From: Anthoceros angustus
Lineage: Eukaryota; Plantae; Anthocerotophyta
Direction: 5' to 3'
Length of the DNA: 64,000 nt
NCBI GenBank assembly: GCA_010909165.1
Contig: MU008222.1
Coordinates: forward strand, 43,965 to 107,964
Part shown: piece after piece, positions 44,101 to 55,999 of the stretch
How the letters are laid out: each line of letters opens with the position of its first letter
Position numbering within the stretch: position 1 is the stretch's first letter
Position numbers and translations under genes: made by a program
Notes under the pieces: generated by a model
The model's input: the letters and a program-made list of their open reading frames with translations, nothing else
What the model was told of the DNA's origin: nothing
Databases searched by the model: none

Positions 44101-45540
44101 AAGGTGCGTACCCGAACTATCTCCGCCACATCGACCTCAGTCGCCAAGGGAGCTCCCTTGAAAATCTCTTCCCACCCTGGTGAGGGTTCTGTTGCTGGGG
44201 CCAACCCAAATTCTTCCGGGGCCTGTTCATCACCTGATTCCAGGTCAGCAAAATTGTCTTCCTCATGTCGCGCCTCTTCATTTGACAAGTCAATCCATCG
44301 CTTTGCCTTCATCTTCGCCTCAGCTGTGGTAGCACTCTCTTGCGACGGTGACGCTGTCGGCCCACCTTTCCTTTCTTTGTTGAGCCTCGCCTGACTCCCT
44401 CGGCCTTACTTTTCTTGTCTGTGGCGACCTCCTTTTCTTCTCCAGCTTCTGCCTGCGCAGACTCCCAAATGCGGCCTCTTCTATTTCTTCCTTGGGCTCT
44501 TCCGCTTTCCACTTCACCTCCCTAACTGGCTTCCACATGTGGAGGGAAGCCACAATCTCTATCTCAAAAGCCGGTTAGAGTGTGCTCTGAGTGAACCAGA
44601 AGGGCAAAATTAAGGAGGGGCGAGGGAAGGGAAGGTCGTTCGACCTCTCCTCACGCCTTGTCAAAATAATCCACCTTTAATCGATCCTTGTACCCTTGAC
44701 AACCTCATGGAGAAAAAGCAACAAATGGTCGAGACAAATAATCACGCTCTTGTCAGAAACAAAGGAGCCATCTGGACTCCATAAGTCATGGCAGAAGACC
44801 ATTTCTCGGGTCAACCATCCATTGGGTTCCAATTACTCCGTTTGACGAGCGCCGCTGTCAACTGCTGTCTCCTCCTGAGGAGGGCTCAATTACCAATCCT
44901 CCTTCCTCCTCACGCTGCCTATACACCTCATGACCAATTCCACATCTCAATCCTGTGGCCTCGCCCTTCCTTCTCACTTAGCCACAGCGAGCACACTCAC
45001 ACGAGACTTGGGCTCATATAGTTCCACCGTTTCTCCATGAACCCGAGTTCCAGCTCCCTCACCAGTTCCCCATCTCGGACCCTCCAATGGTCCATATTGG
45101 GCCATTGGGCAGTCAAAATTTCCGCTGCGGCCTTGGGCACCATGCTCCTGCAAAAACCTCACCGCCTACGGCGCCTCGAACTGCTGATAGCTCGCCTCAG
45201 AATTTCCAACTTGGTCAGTCCCCTAGGGTTCCTACCTTCCCAGACTCGCGAGCTTCTCGCCGCCATCAGGGCCTTCCTTTCACAGCCTCGCGCCGAGCTC
45301 GTGCCCTGCCAGGAACGGTCCGGAGCTACCTCCCTCCGTCGCTGCGCCTCGTGCCTCCCTTCTGATCGCGGCGCTCCTCTTCGCCCTCAACTCGTACGCC
45401 TAGCTCCACTCATGCCTCACGCCCGCCTCCTCGGCGGCCGCCTTGCTTGTAATTTCGCTCTCTTCTTGAATGCGCCTCTGACCCTTCCGAGTTTCCTTAG
45501 GGTTATATTCCCCCTGGAACTCTACGACCGCCAACCATGG
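41147..45540 (-). mobile_element. Ty3/gypsy LTR plus long ORF-bearing 3' region, inserted into the copia
   Basis: Homologous to 51302-55500. It starts tgtggggtgg (the CA end of the LTR on the minus strand) and has an internal duplication of about 555 bp at 41622-42740. Confidence 0.85.
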
Positions 45541-45600
45541 CCTAGCATCGCCTAGCATCGCTTAGCATCGCCTAGGGTCGCTTAGCATCACCTAGCGTCA

Positions 45601-45900
45601 CCAGTCCCCCTACATGATGATGTCCCTGTCCAGGGGGTTGAACAACAAGCACCTGCAGTTGAAGAACCAGTCTTAGACCCAGATCCGCTAGGGTTAAATG
45701 GCATGTTTGACAATGATCTAGGCCTGTATGACATTCCTAATGCACCAGGAGAAGCTGACTTACCTGAAGATGAGGTCGATCCACCTGCTCCTGATGATGG
45801 ACATGTCGTTCCCGTCAATCCTCCATATGAGGATGCTGGCCCTCGTCATTCCACTCGACACAGACCTCCACCTTCAGAATGGAAGGAACCTCCAGACACC
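45601..45900 (+). mobile_element. Copia INT-RT linker, probable continuation of the 39535 element
   Basis: PVPLHDDVPVQ..PRHSTRHRPPPSEWKEP. Confidence 0.65.
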
Positions 45901-46059
45901 GGCCTTAGATTTTTGCCACCTGTAGCCTGCGGCTTCCTTTCCAGTTGTTCCTCGAGCCATCGACACTCGAGGCCTTCTTGGCGAGACAAAGACAAGTGGA
46001 AGTTTCTTTGTGGATGGCCAGTACAAACTTGATCAAGAAGCGGTGCCAGCGATTGGTAC

Positions 46060-46570
46060 CCAGACCTACAAACAGGAAGGCCATCACTTGTAGTTTGTAG
46101 GCTTTGACAGTTTCATTGTAGCCAACAAACACAAGCCGTTTTGACCTGTTGTCTAACTTCCTGCGTTTTTCTGAAGGTACATATGCATAACCTATAGAGC
46201 CGAAAATCCTGAGATGAAGAAGGCTGAGCTTACGCTTCCAGAAAAGCTCGAATGGCGTTTTAGCAACAAAAGCTAATCTGTGACCTATTTAGAATATATG
46301 TGGAGGTCTGTGACCCTACGCCCATGGTGATGGTAGGCGGCACAACAACATGGTCCTTGTCATACCCATCAAAGTCTGGTTCTTGCGTTCGGCGACACCA
46401 TTCTGCTGCCGTGTATAAGGTACAATCAGTTGATGAATTATTCCTTGTTCAGCAAAGAGGTTTGTGAAGGACTGATTAACAAACTCTGTCCCATTATCAG
46501 ATCGGAAGATCTTGAGCAAACAGCCTATTTGGCGCTGCACTGTGGTAAGCCAATCTTGAAACAATGGAAA
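46060..46570 (-). mobile_element. Ty1/copia integrase fragment
   Basis: FRSDNGTEF, QQNGVAERKN, TPFELF, FVGYNETVKAYKL. Confidence 0.88.
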
Positions 46571-46659
46571 AGTTTATTTTTTCCTCTTCATTGGGAATGT
46601 CTCTAGATGCTGATGGTACAGCTCCAATTCCGCAAGCAGTGAACCTGGATGCTAATGAC

Positions 46660-49375
46660 TCTGACCTCATAGAGTTTCCGAGGAAATATAACCCTAAAGA
46701 ACTCGGAAGGCACCAGTAGCGCCGGCGGTGAGTAGCTCCGGACAATTCAGACGGGCCCGCTTAGCAGTTTGTGAAGGCGAGGCCCTAGTGGCGGTGGGAA
46801 GCTCGCGAGTCTAGGAAGGTAGAAACCCTGGGGGATTGACCAAGTTGAGAGTGGCTGAGGCGAGCTATCGGCCTCGGTAGGTGGGCGGTGGGGTTTTGCA
46901 GAGCATGGCCCAAGGCATAACGGAATTTGACCGCCAATGGCCAAATATGGACCATTGGAGGTTAAGTTGGGAATTGGTGAAGGGCTGGGGCCGAGTTCAT
47001 GGAAGCAATTGGAACCATATGAACCCAAATGCAGTGCGGTGTCTCGCCAGTGACTAAGTCACAAGGGAAGGAATCAAGGAAAAGACAGGATTGGGATGTG
47101 GAGATTTTATGGGAGGATTTACCAGACCAGCGACGGAAGGAGGGCCCATGGATCGGCAGAGAGGACGAAGGGCGGGACGGTCGGAGGAGAACGGAGATAA
47201 CATGTGGGCGGGAGTAGTGGCATCCTAGGAATAAAACTTTGGATAGGATGAGGTAGGATGCCATCCGGACCTAAGGCCGTCTTGAAGGGCGTTTTAGGAC
47301 CTCGGAAAGTGCGGTGGGCTATGACGCCCAGCAATGTATAAAGGGGCTTGGTTGTGCCCCTCATATCGAGATAATTCGGTTGAGATCCCCACGCCTGTGG
47401 GCTAGTTGGAGACGTCCGATTGACAGAGGTGGTGTGTGCGAGATGCTCCTAGGGGTGGTCGAGCTTGCTCCACTCATGAGGAGGAGGAGGGGGGTGAGTG
47501 AGCGCTCCCCGCTAACAAAGGAGGAGGAAATCAAGGGATTGGCGCGGGGCGGGTCTGGAGCTTGCTCGTAACGCCTACTGTGATGCCCGCATATTCCCCT
47601 TCCCCTCTCCCTTTTCCTGCTGGTTGTGTTCTGAAATTAAGAGTGTGTGTGGGTGTGTGGTTGGAAGCCTGAGGGCGGATCGAGAGAGAGAGAGAGAGAG
47701 GGTTGGGTGAAACGAATCGAGGGAGAGGAAGAAGATTGGGTGAAGGAGTGACTGAACACTGTACGCGATGTGAGGTGTGAGACCGTAAGGAGGAGTTGAG
47801 AAGGAGAACTAATTGGAAAACTAACAGTGGAGATTTTTGGTGGATCGAAGAGAATCCAAACCGGTGCTGTCGGTGGAAGTGTGCACAAGAGAAAACAGCG
47901 TTCCCTTGTGGGATTGTGTGAGTGTGGCGCCCTTGGTGTGTGTGTGAGAGGGATTGTGAGGGATCCGAGGAACGTTGGTCCCTAGAAATCAGTGTGTGCG
48001 TGAAGTGTGGAGTGCAAAGAAAGTCCGATCGATGTGGTAGTAGTCACCGTGGCAGGACCTGGCACCGCCGTCGCAAATAAGTTGCTAGGGTTTGGCGTGG
48101 GGCCCACCTCGTCGTAGCAACTACCCGAGTGAGAGCCACCATGTAGCTGTCGGGTGAATAAGATTTGGGGTCGTGGAATAAGATATGTGGTCGTGGCATA
48201 AGATCTGTGGTCGTGGAATACGATCTGTGGTAGTTAGACAAGTCGGGAGGTAGTAGTAGTTGAGAGCTAGGCAAGAGGAGTGAGAGTAGGTAAGTCCCGA
48301 TTTAGGCAAAGATCAAAAGTGATAGAGGTTAGCGTCTCTTGGCACAAACCATTCCCTTGGGAGCGAATCCTAGGCCTACAACGACATTGAGGGTGAATGT
48401 GGACCTCATGGTGTCTCTAGACACAAGTTTCCACCCCAGAAGTCGGCACTTTGGGCACATAGGACTGCGGAAAAAATAACGACTTAGCAAACACCATGCT
48501 ACCTCACCTACGACCATTTCCCGGTAATGCCTGTTGAATTTGAAATTCCTACCCTGCGCATCCAGGAATCTAACCGCATGACAGTGGAGGAAAGTCAAGC
48601 GACCGTCTTACCGGCCGCCAAACATCACGAGGATAGGGAACAAGTCTTTGGTTGTCATGCGGCTTGAAACCAATGACGCATGGCATGACAACCGATTGCA
48701 GAAACAAGAGTGGGTGGTACCTGGTGACTTGGCCTTACTATATGACAATACATATATGCACTTTCCCGGCAAGCTTCACCTTCGATGAATGGGACTATAT
48801 AAAGTCGTGGAGGTCTTCGCAAATGGCTCCATACATCTCCAACAGATAAACGGGCCGCCCCTACCAACCAGGGTCAACTGTTGGAGGGTTAAGAAATACT
48901 ACATCTAAGTTGGTGAGGGCGCCAACAAATGAGAAGGGGAGTATGTAAACGATCTGGATTTGGAAACTCCCTGTTGAAATGTGTCTTTGAGTGACTGTTT
49001 TTTGTTTTTTTGCTAAGTTTTGTGTCAAAACGAGCTAGGTTGTTAGTAGAAAGGAATATTTATACTAGAAAGTGTCCTTGGCCTATGGGTTTGGGTTGTT
49101 TCCTGGGTTAAATAATAATCGGTCCTTAGACTATGAACTCGATACTCCTTGGCCTTTGGTCTCGGAAAATTTAATAAAAGGTCTATATATGGGGGGAGGG
49201 GGTCCTCATATTTGGCAGAGGTAATCAAGTCCATAGTCTAGTGGTCAACCAACCGGGACGGTAGTTGAACTGGTGTGTGATCATTGACTGGGGTGTGCGG
49301 GAGCTATGCTCCGAAGGTGGTAGAAGAACTAGAAGGGCGGTCGCCGAAGAGAGAAGTGGTAGCGGGAGCCCTTAC
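46660..49375 (+). mobile_element. Deleted Ty3/gypsy copy: LTR region ending at 48438, fused directly to the integrase C-terminus and post-pol region
   Basis: Reverse match to 41147-43100 and 45000-45330, with TATAAA near 47337. LWAHRTA..PVEFEIP follows; 48900-49370 is similar to the reverse of 55550-55930. Confidence 0.8.
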
Positions 49376-51109
49376 CCAACTGTTTCAAAGAACTCCCTCT
49401 TTGTGAGACTTGTGCTCTTGCAAAACAGAAGGAGTTACCCTTTCCTACTGGCCCAGCACATAGATCCTCAGAACTACTGGAGTTGGTCCATGCTGATATA
49501 TCAGGCCGACTTTAGGTTTCCTCACTTGGGGGGGCAGATTACTACTTCACAATCACAGATGATTATAGCAAATTCACATGGACTCGACCTGATATCCAAC
49601 ACTCGGTCAGTACGGTATCACAATTCTTGGACAACCCTGGTCGTGCCCATTGGACCGCTGTTAAAAGGATATTCCGCTACCTCAAAGGTTCCCATCACAT
49701 CGGCCTATGCTATAAGCAATTAGGAGGGCAGCCTCACCTTACACTTGAAGGATTTACTGATGCAGACTGGGCCTCTGACAGTGATTCTCGGAAAAGCTTG
49801 TCCACCTATGTTTTCCTTCTTGCTCGAAGCACTTAACCGGAGCAGAAGAAATGTACCAAGATACTACCAAGGCATGTGTTTGAATATAAGTCCATGTCGA
49901 TGCAACCAAAGAAGTGGAATGGGATCGGTCATTCTTACATGACCTAGGACAAACGCAGACTGGACCAACTCACCTTTTTTGTGACAACCAGTCTGCCATC
50001 GCCCTCATAGCCAACCCTCGCTTTCATGCGCGGACCAAACACATCGAGGTCCACCACCATTACGTTAGAGACGCTACTGAGAGGGGATTAATCCGAGTTC
50101 TCTATGTTCCTACGGAGACCAATATAGCAGACATCCTAACGAAGGCTTTGGCTAAAGACCGACATCAGAAACATATGCAAGGCTTGGGGCTGATGAATTA
50201 TCAAGACTATTTTAAACCATAGATGTGAAGGAAAGCAGGGAAGGACTTACGGGTGAGGCCCGAGTCCTCAGATTTGTGTTTGTTTGGTTTATCAGTATGC
50301 CAGCCGACCCTCCTTCTTCAGGCCCCTGCGCACACAGGCAGGGAGGGTTAGCAGCCAAGTACACAACCCACTGCTACAATCAGTTGGATGAAGCTCAACG
50401 CTTACCTAATCACCAGGTTGTTGGCGCTCTCCTTCTTCCTCCCGCTGCAACTTTTTTAGCTTCTCTAAGAGGATCTCAGCTTCTCGAAGGGGCCTTAGCA
50501 GGCTCTCCTCATTGCCGGTATCCGGAGGCATCTCCTCCTCCTTCAGAGGCTTCACCCAGCAAAGTTTGATGTTCAGCGGTACTTTCCAGCCGCCAATTCT
50601 GAGGCTGGTACCCACGATATGCTGTTCATCCCACTCTTCCTCAGCTGGTTGATGAGCAGGGCGCCCTCCCCTAGCTCTGCTGCCGCCTCTAGCTCGCCTC
50701 GCTCGGCTTGATGGCATGGTACACCACAGAATCACCCTCGCAATTTGCACGCTGTTAAATGCAGCGAGGAGCGCTTAAATGTGGGTCGATTTAGGTCGCC
50801 ATCTTCATACCAGCAACACGCCGATGCGGCGTAATTACGCTCCGCTGACCGCTTCTCCTCGGCTCCCCGCCCCGCACATGGCCCGGTTGCACTGCCTGAC
50901 CTTCCTAAGCGCGTTTCGCTTAAGGGAGGGTGTTAGAGTATTTAATCTTACCCGCTTAGGGTTTACCATTAGGTTATTTATATTTAGGTTATTTACTTGA
51001 TGGTTACTTAGTGAAGAGTCACCTAGATGCTTAGTAGATAACCTACCCAACAGTCATTATTATTCATTGTATTATTGCATTCTTAATAAGATACACTTTG
51101 TTGTTCTCA
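49376..51109 (+). mobile_element. Internally deleted Ty1/copia (INT start fused to RT end and RNase H, about 700-bp 3' spacer, PPT 50921-50930, putative 3' LTR 50931-51109)
   Basis: CETCALAKQ..VHADISG, AHWTAVKRIFRYLKG, FTDADWA, HARTKHIEVHHHYVR. taagggaggg is followed by TGTTAG...CA. Confidence 0.88.
50406..50717 (-). CDS. 103-aa antisense ORF in the copia 3' spacer (Arg-rich N-terminus, acidic/coiled-coil C-terminus); function unknown
   Basis: Intact MPSSRARRARGG...EKLKKLQREEEGERQQPGD-stop, followed at once by an 80-nt GTAAGC..CTAAC..GCAG intron-like sequence (50405-50326). Confidence 0.5.
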   Translation of the reverse strand: MPSSRARRARGGSRARGGRPAHQPAEEEWDEQHIVGTSLRIGGWKVPLNIKLCWVKPLKEEEMPPDTGNEESLLRPLREAEILLEKLKKLQREEEGERQQPGD

Positions 51110-51301
51110 ATCCTTCGTGCAATCTGACCATGATTCATTCCGATCATGAAGTCTGGCACCTCCTTCAGTATGTGAATCTGCGGTGATGGGGTGTACGCCC
51201 TCTCCAGCAACCCTATCATTTCCGGCAATGTGAAAGCATCCTTCAACCCTAGCACAACCGAGAACCTCGAAAACATTTGGTCAATTTGATCGTGGGTATG
51301 G
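51110..51301 (-). mobile_element. Sola-like DDE DNA transposase remnant between the copia LTR and the gypsy LTR
   Basis: HTHDQIDQMFSRFSVVL..DAFTLPEM..YTPSP.IHILKEVPDF resembles the GHTHEDIDQxFS motif family. Confidence 0.55.
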
Positions 51302-52899
51302 TGTGGAGTGTGGATTCGTGTCCAGGGACACCGTGAGGTCCACATTCACCCTCAATGTCGTTGTAGGCTTAGGATTCGCTCCCAAGGGAATGGTTTGTGC
51401 CAAGAGACGCTAACTTCTATCGCCATCGACCTTCACCTAAGTCAAGACTTACTTGCTATTACCCTCTTACCTATCTACTCAACCACTACCCCCGACTCTA
51501 GCCACCACACTCTTATTCCACGACTAAATCTCATTCCACGACCGCAAATCTCATTCCACGAGCGGTGTTCTCACCGGTAGTTGCTCACCGAGGTGGGTCC
51601 CACACCCAAACCCTAGCGACTTATTTCCAAGACGCGCCGCGGATCCGCACGGCGCCCACTGCACGGATCCGGCTTTATTCGCACCCACACTTCATGCACA
51701 CACACACACGATTCCTAGGGACCTAAATTCCACAAATCCTCACCGCTCCACACACACACAAAGGCGCCACACTCACACAACTTTACGGGGAACGTTCCCC
51801 TTGACGCTTCCACCAGCACCGGTTTGGTTTCTTTTGGATTCACACCTCCACCGCTAGCCTCTCAATTAGTTCCCTTCTCAACCCTCTCACACCTCGCATC
51901 GCATGTTGTTTAGTCACTCCTTCACCCAATCTTCTCCTCTCTCTCTCTCCCTCAACTCGCCGCAGCTTCCAACCATCCACTCAACACTTCTCGCTTAATT
52001 CGGAACACAACTAGCGAGGACAAGTGTGAAGGAAAGAAGAACCCCAGGCGTCACGGGCACGAGCAAGCTCCGGACCCCCGCGCCAATCCCTTGGTTTCCT
52101 CCTCCTTTGTCGCCAAGATTGCTTTATCACCCCTCCTCCCAGGAGCAAGCTCTCGACCACCCCTAGGAGCGCCTCGCGACACCGCCTCAATCGGACGTCT
52201 CCAACCAGCCACGTGCGGGATCTCAACCAGAATTATCGGCGTGAGGGACCTAATTCGCCCCTCTTATACATCGGCCGGGGGCACCGCCCGGATTTTTAGG
52301 TCCTAAGATGGCTATCGCGAAGAGACGCGCCCACAATTCGGAGCGATCCTAGGTCCAGTGCAGCATCCTAACCAAATTATCTTTAGGTTGCTACCACCTC
52401 GCCCACGCTATCTCACCTCGACTTGGCCTCGCCCACGTCCTCCATTGCTGCCGCCACGAGCTCTCCACGCCACTGTGTTCTCCCACACTACTTCCACCTC
52501 ACCGCCACCGCTGACGTCCGAATTTGAGGTGTACCGCCTGGGCTTCCGCATCTTCCGCTGGCCGCCTATTGCCGAGGATTATTCTGCCTCGTCCACCCAA
52601 GCTGGACCTCCTCCTCGCTCAACTCCTCCAAAGTCGCCTCCGCATAATAGGGAGCCAACCCCACACCCGGCGCATGGTAGAAGTATGCACGGGTCCTCAC
52701 TTGCGAGGTAGGCCCCGATCCCTCCTATTTCCACACGCACATGGACGGTGAGGTTAAGCACGCGTTCTCCATTCACATATAGACCGGCACATAAGTTTCC
52801 TCATCCATGTGCCGTAATATAATAGGACCTCACTGAGGTGCTTACCCCTCCTCCGTAGGCTACACGTTGCTGGCCTATGTCCTCGCGAGGCGCCACGTC

Positions 52900-53900
52900 G
52901 CGCCGCCCGCCCGCCCGCCGCCGGGTTGGTTGCGCCAATGTCGGTAGCGCTACTCATGTAGTGGACTCCACGACTGCTCGCTCAAGAACATGTAGGTGAG
53001 GTTTCGCCACCTACCTTGCGCCTTCCGCTCGGTAGGCCCTTCCGCTACTACCGTGGGTCCCGCCACCGCCCCTTCCCTTTGTCTTTTCGCCCGGCCACGT
53101 GCCTCATCCGCTCCGCTTATATCGCCCGCTAGCTTATGGGCCTTTTCCACCGAGGCCGCTTCGCTCTGGCTCGCAACAACTCCCCTGCATCTCTTCGTCT
53201 GGGCATCCTTAATTTGAGCCATGAGTGCTTCCTGCTCGCTCGTCATGGCTTGCAACTTCTCGGCCTGCACAAATCTTCTTGAATCTTGGCCCTTATTTCC
53301 TCTAGGTTCCGCTTGTCTTCCTCCGCTTGCTTGGCCTCCTCTTCTCAAACTGGCCTTCACCACTTCCTCCCGTCCCTGCACCGAGCGTGAGAGCTAAAGC
53401 CGCTTGATCCAACAAATGCTTGGGCCCGGATCATCGACGCGTGGCCTCAAGTCCACTTGTTGTGGCGGCCCCGCCCGACGCCATCCCTCTGTCGAGAACT
53501 TTCCTCCCGGTGGTGCACCCTCACCAATTCGGTTGCATCCACCTCTGTTGCGGTGGAGTCCCTTGAAAATCTCTTCCCATGCCGAGGAGGGTCCGCCTCG
53601 AGGTCGCCCTAAACCCTCCGGAGTTGATTCATCATCGCATCCGTGTCGAAAATTGTCCTCGGATCGCGCCTCCTTCCGCCACCTCCAAGCCGTTTGGCTT
53701 TCATTTTCAGGGCCTGCTGACTGGTGACGCGCATCCGCCTTCACCTTTTCACGATGCCCGCCTTTCACCCCGGTCTTCCTCCTTTTCTGGTGGGAATTTC
53801 CTTCTCCTCCGAACCGCCTGCCGCCACCGACTCCCACCTATCCGATTTTTCCTCCTTGGGCTCCTCCGCCTTCCATTTCACCTCCTAACCGGCTTCCACA
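52900..53900 (-). pseudogene. Frameshifted accessory coiled-coil ORF 3' of pol (homologue at 43570-44560)
   Basis: Shared motifs WEEIFKG, QQVDL, EEVVKA and EAASVEK in both copies. Confidence 0.6.
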
Positions 53901-55330
53901 TGTGGAGGGAGGCTACAATCTCCACCTCCGGCAGTTAGCGTAAACATAAAGATGGACCGAAATGGTGAGATTAGAGAGGCCGAGAGGAAATCAAGTTCAA
54001 CCTCTCTTCACACAACTTGTCAAGAGAATTCGCCTCAATCGATCTTCGCCCCTTGACCACTTCATGAAGGAAAACAGAAGTGGTCGACAAATAATCACCG
54101 CTTTTGTCAGGAAACATAGGAGCCACGGCGGACCCATCAATCCTTGCCAAATCCCTCGTCAACCAGCCGTTCATGATACGCCCGCTTTAACTGTATGCCG
54201 CCGTGCTTCTTTTCTGGGCTCCATCACCAACCCGCCTCCTCCTTGCTTCGCCCATACACCCTTCTAACCAGCTCCGGTCCCAATCCTGCGGCCGCTCTAA
54301 ATCCCCTTTGGTTGTCTTCCTGTGCGCACACTCCCGCACCCCTGTGTTCATGTAATTCCACCGCTCTTCCATGAAACCCGGCTTGACTCCTTCACCACCT
54401 CCAGCTCGAACTTTCCAATGATCCATGTTCGGCCATTGGGCAAGCACAATTTCGGTGGTGACCTTGGGCGCCATCCCTCTCACGGTCTTCTGGTCTCGCG
54501 CCACAACCAACGCCACCTGCGAATTTCACGGAGGTCGGTCTCGAGGTTCCTACCTCCTCCGCCACCTCGCGAGGCGCCACGTCGCGCCTTCCTCCTCCAA
54601 TGTACCGACTCCATCATTTTTCCTCCTTGGGCTCCTCCGCCTTCCATTTCACCTCCTAACCGGCTTCCACATGTGGAGGGAGGCTACAATCTCCACCTCT
54701 GGCGGTTAGCGTAAACATAAAGATGGACCGAAATGGTGAGATTAGAGAGGCCGAGAGGAAATCAAGTTCAACCTCTCTTCACACAACTTGTCAAGAGAAT
54801 TCGCCTCAATCGATCTTCGCCCCTTGACCACTTCATGAAAACAGAAGTGGTCGACAAATAATCACCGCTTTTGTCAGGAAACATAGGAGCCACGGCGGAC
54901 CCATCAATCCTTGCCAAATCCCTCGTCAACCAGCCGTTCATGATACGCCCGCTTTAACTGTATGCCGCCGTGCTTCTTTTCTGACGGCTCCATCACCAAC
55001 CCGCCTCCTCCTTGCGCCCATACACCCTTCTAACCACCTGGTCCCAATCCTGCGGCTTCGCTCTAAATCCCCTTTGGTTGTCTTCCTGTGCGCACACTCC
55101 CGCACCCCTGTGTTCATGTAATTCCACCGCTCTTCCATGAAACCCGGCTTGACTCCTTCACCACCTCCCAGCTCGAACTTTCCAATGATCCATGTTCGGC
55201 CATTGGGCACAATTTCGGTGGTGACCTTGGGCGCCATCCCTCTCACGGTCTTCGGTCTCGCCACAACCAACGCCACCTGCGAATTTCACGGAGGTCGGTC
55301 TCGGGGTTCCTACCTCCTCCAAGAGCGCCA
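53846..55330. repeat. Approximately 770-bp tandem duplication inside the gypsy 3' region
   Basis: tttttcctccttgggctcctccgccttcc occurs at about 53846 and 54617, with colinear sequence following. Confidence 0.88.
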
Positions 55331-55999
55331 CTGTCTGCCTTCCTCCTCCTCGCCCGCGATGTCGACGGGTTGAGCTCCTTCCCGTCGTTGCGCCTCGCGC
55401 CCTCCTGCGATCACGGTGCCCCGACGCCTCCTCCTCGACCGTCGCGCTTGCCGTCGTCGCGCTCCGCTCGCTCTCCGGCCGCGTTGCGCTCCGTTGTTTG
55501 AGCAGGATTACATCATTTCCTAGGGTTAAGTTTCCCGGTTCCCCTACTCTGCTCGACCTCTCGACCGCTTCCCACATCCCAATCCACAACCCCACACTCA
55601 TTCGGCTACCGCGTGGTCGACCCCAACTTATAGACTCTAATTATTCCAAACCCCCTATCTCACATATATAGACTTTTTAGGGAACATTCCGAGTCCATGG
55701 GCCAAGGAACACCAAATTCCGGACCATTTATTTTCTAACCTAGGCAATAAAACAAAAGAACTCCATAGGCCAAGGACATTTTTACTATGAATATCCCCAA
55801 CTACCGAAGACTTATTTTCACACCACTCCCAAAAACAAAAATTCACTTGGGCACATTTTAAGGGGTTTCGAGACTAGATCGTTTACATACTCCCTTCTCA
55901 TTTGTTGCCCCGCCAACTTATGTATAATACTTCTTGACCCTCCACCCATTGACTCGGGTGGTAGTGGAGGTCCCGCTAACTCTTGCGCTTGAGCCATTC

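Noticed and set aside
41147-45614. Interpretation as a clean 4.4-kb solo LTR with TSD
   Set aside because: The left flank cctcc does not match any candidate right flank (ccagt, gtccc, tgatg), so the boundary is unresolved.
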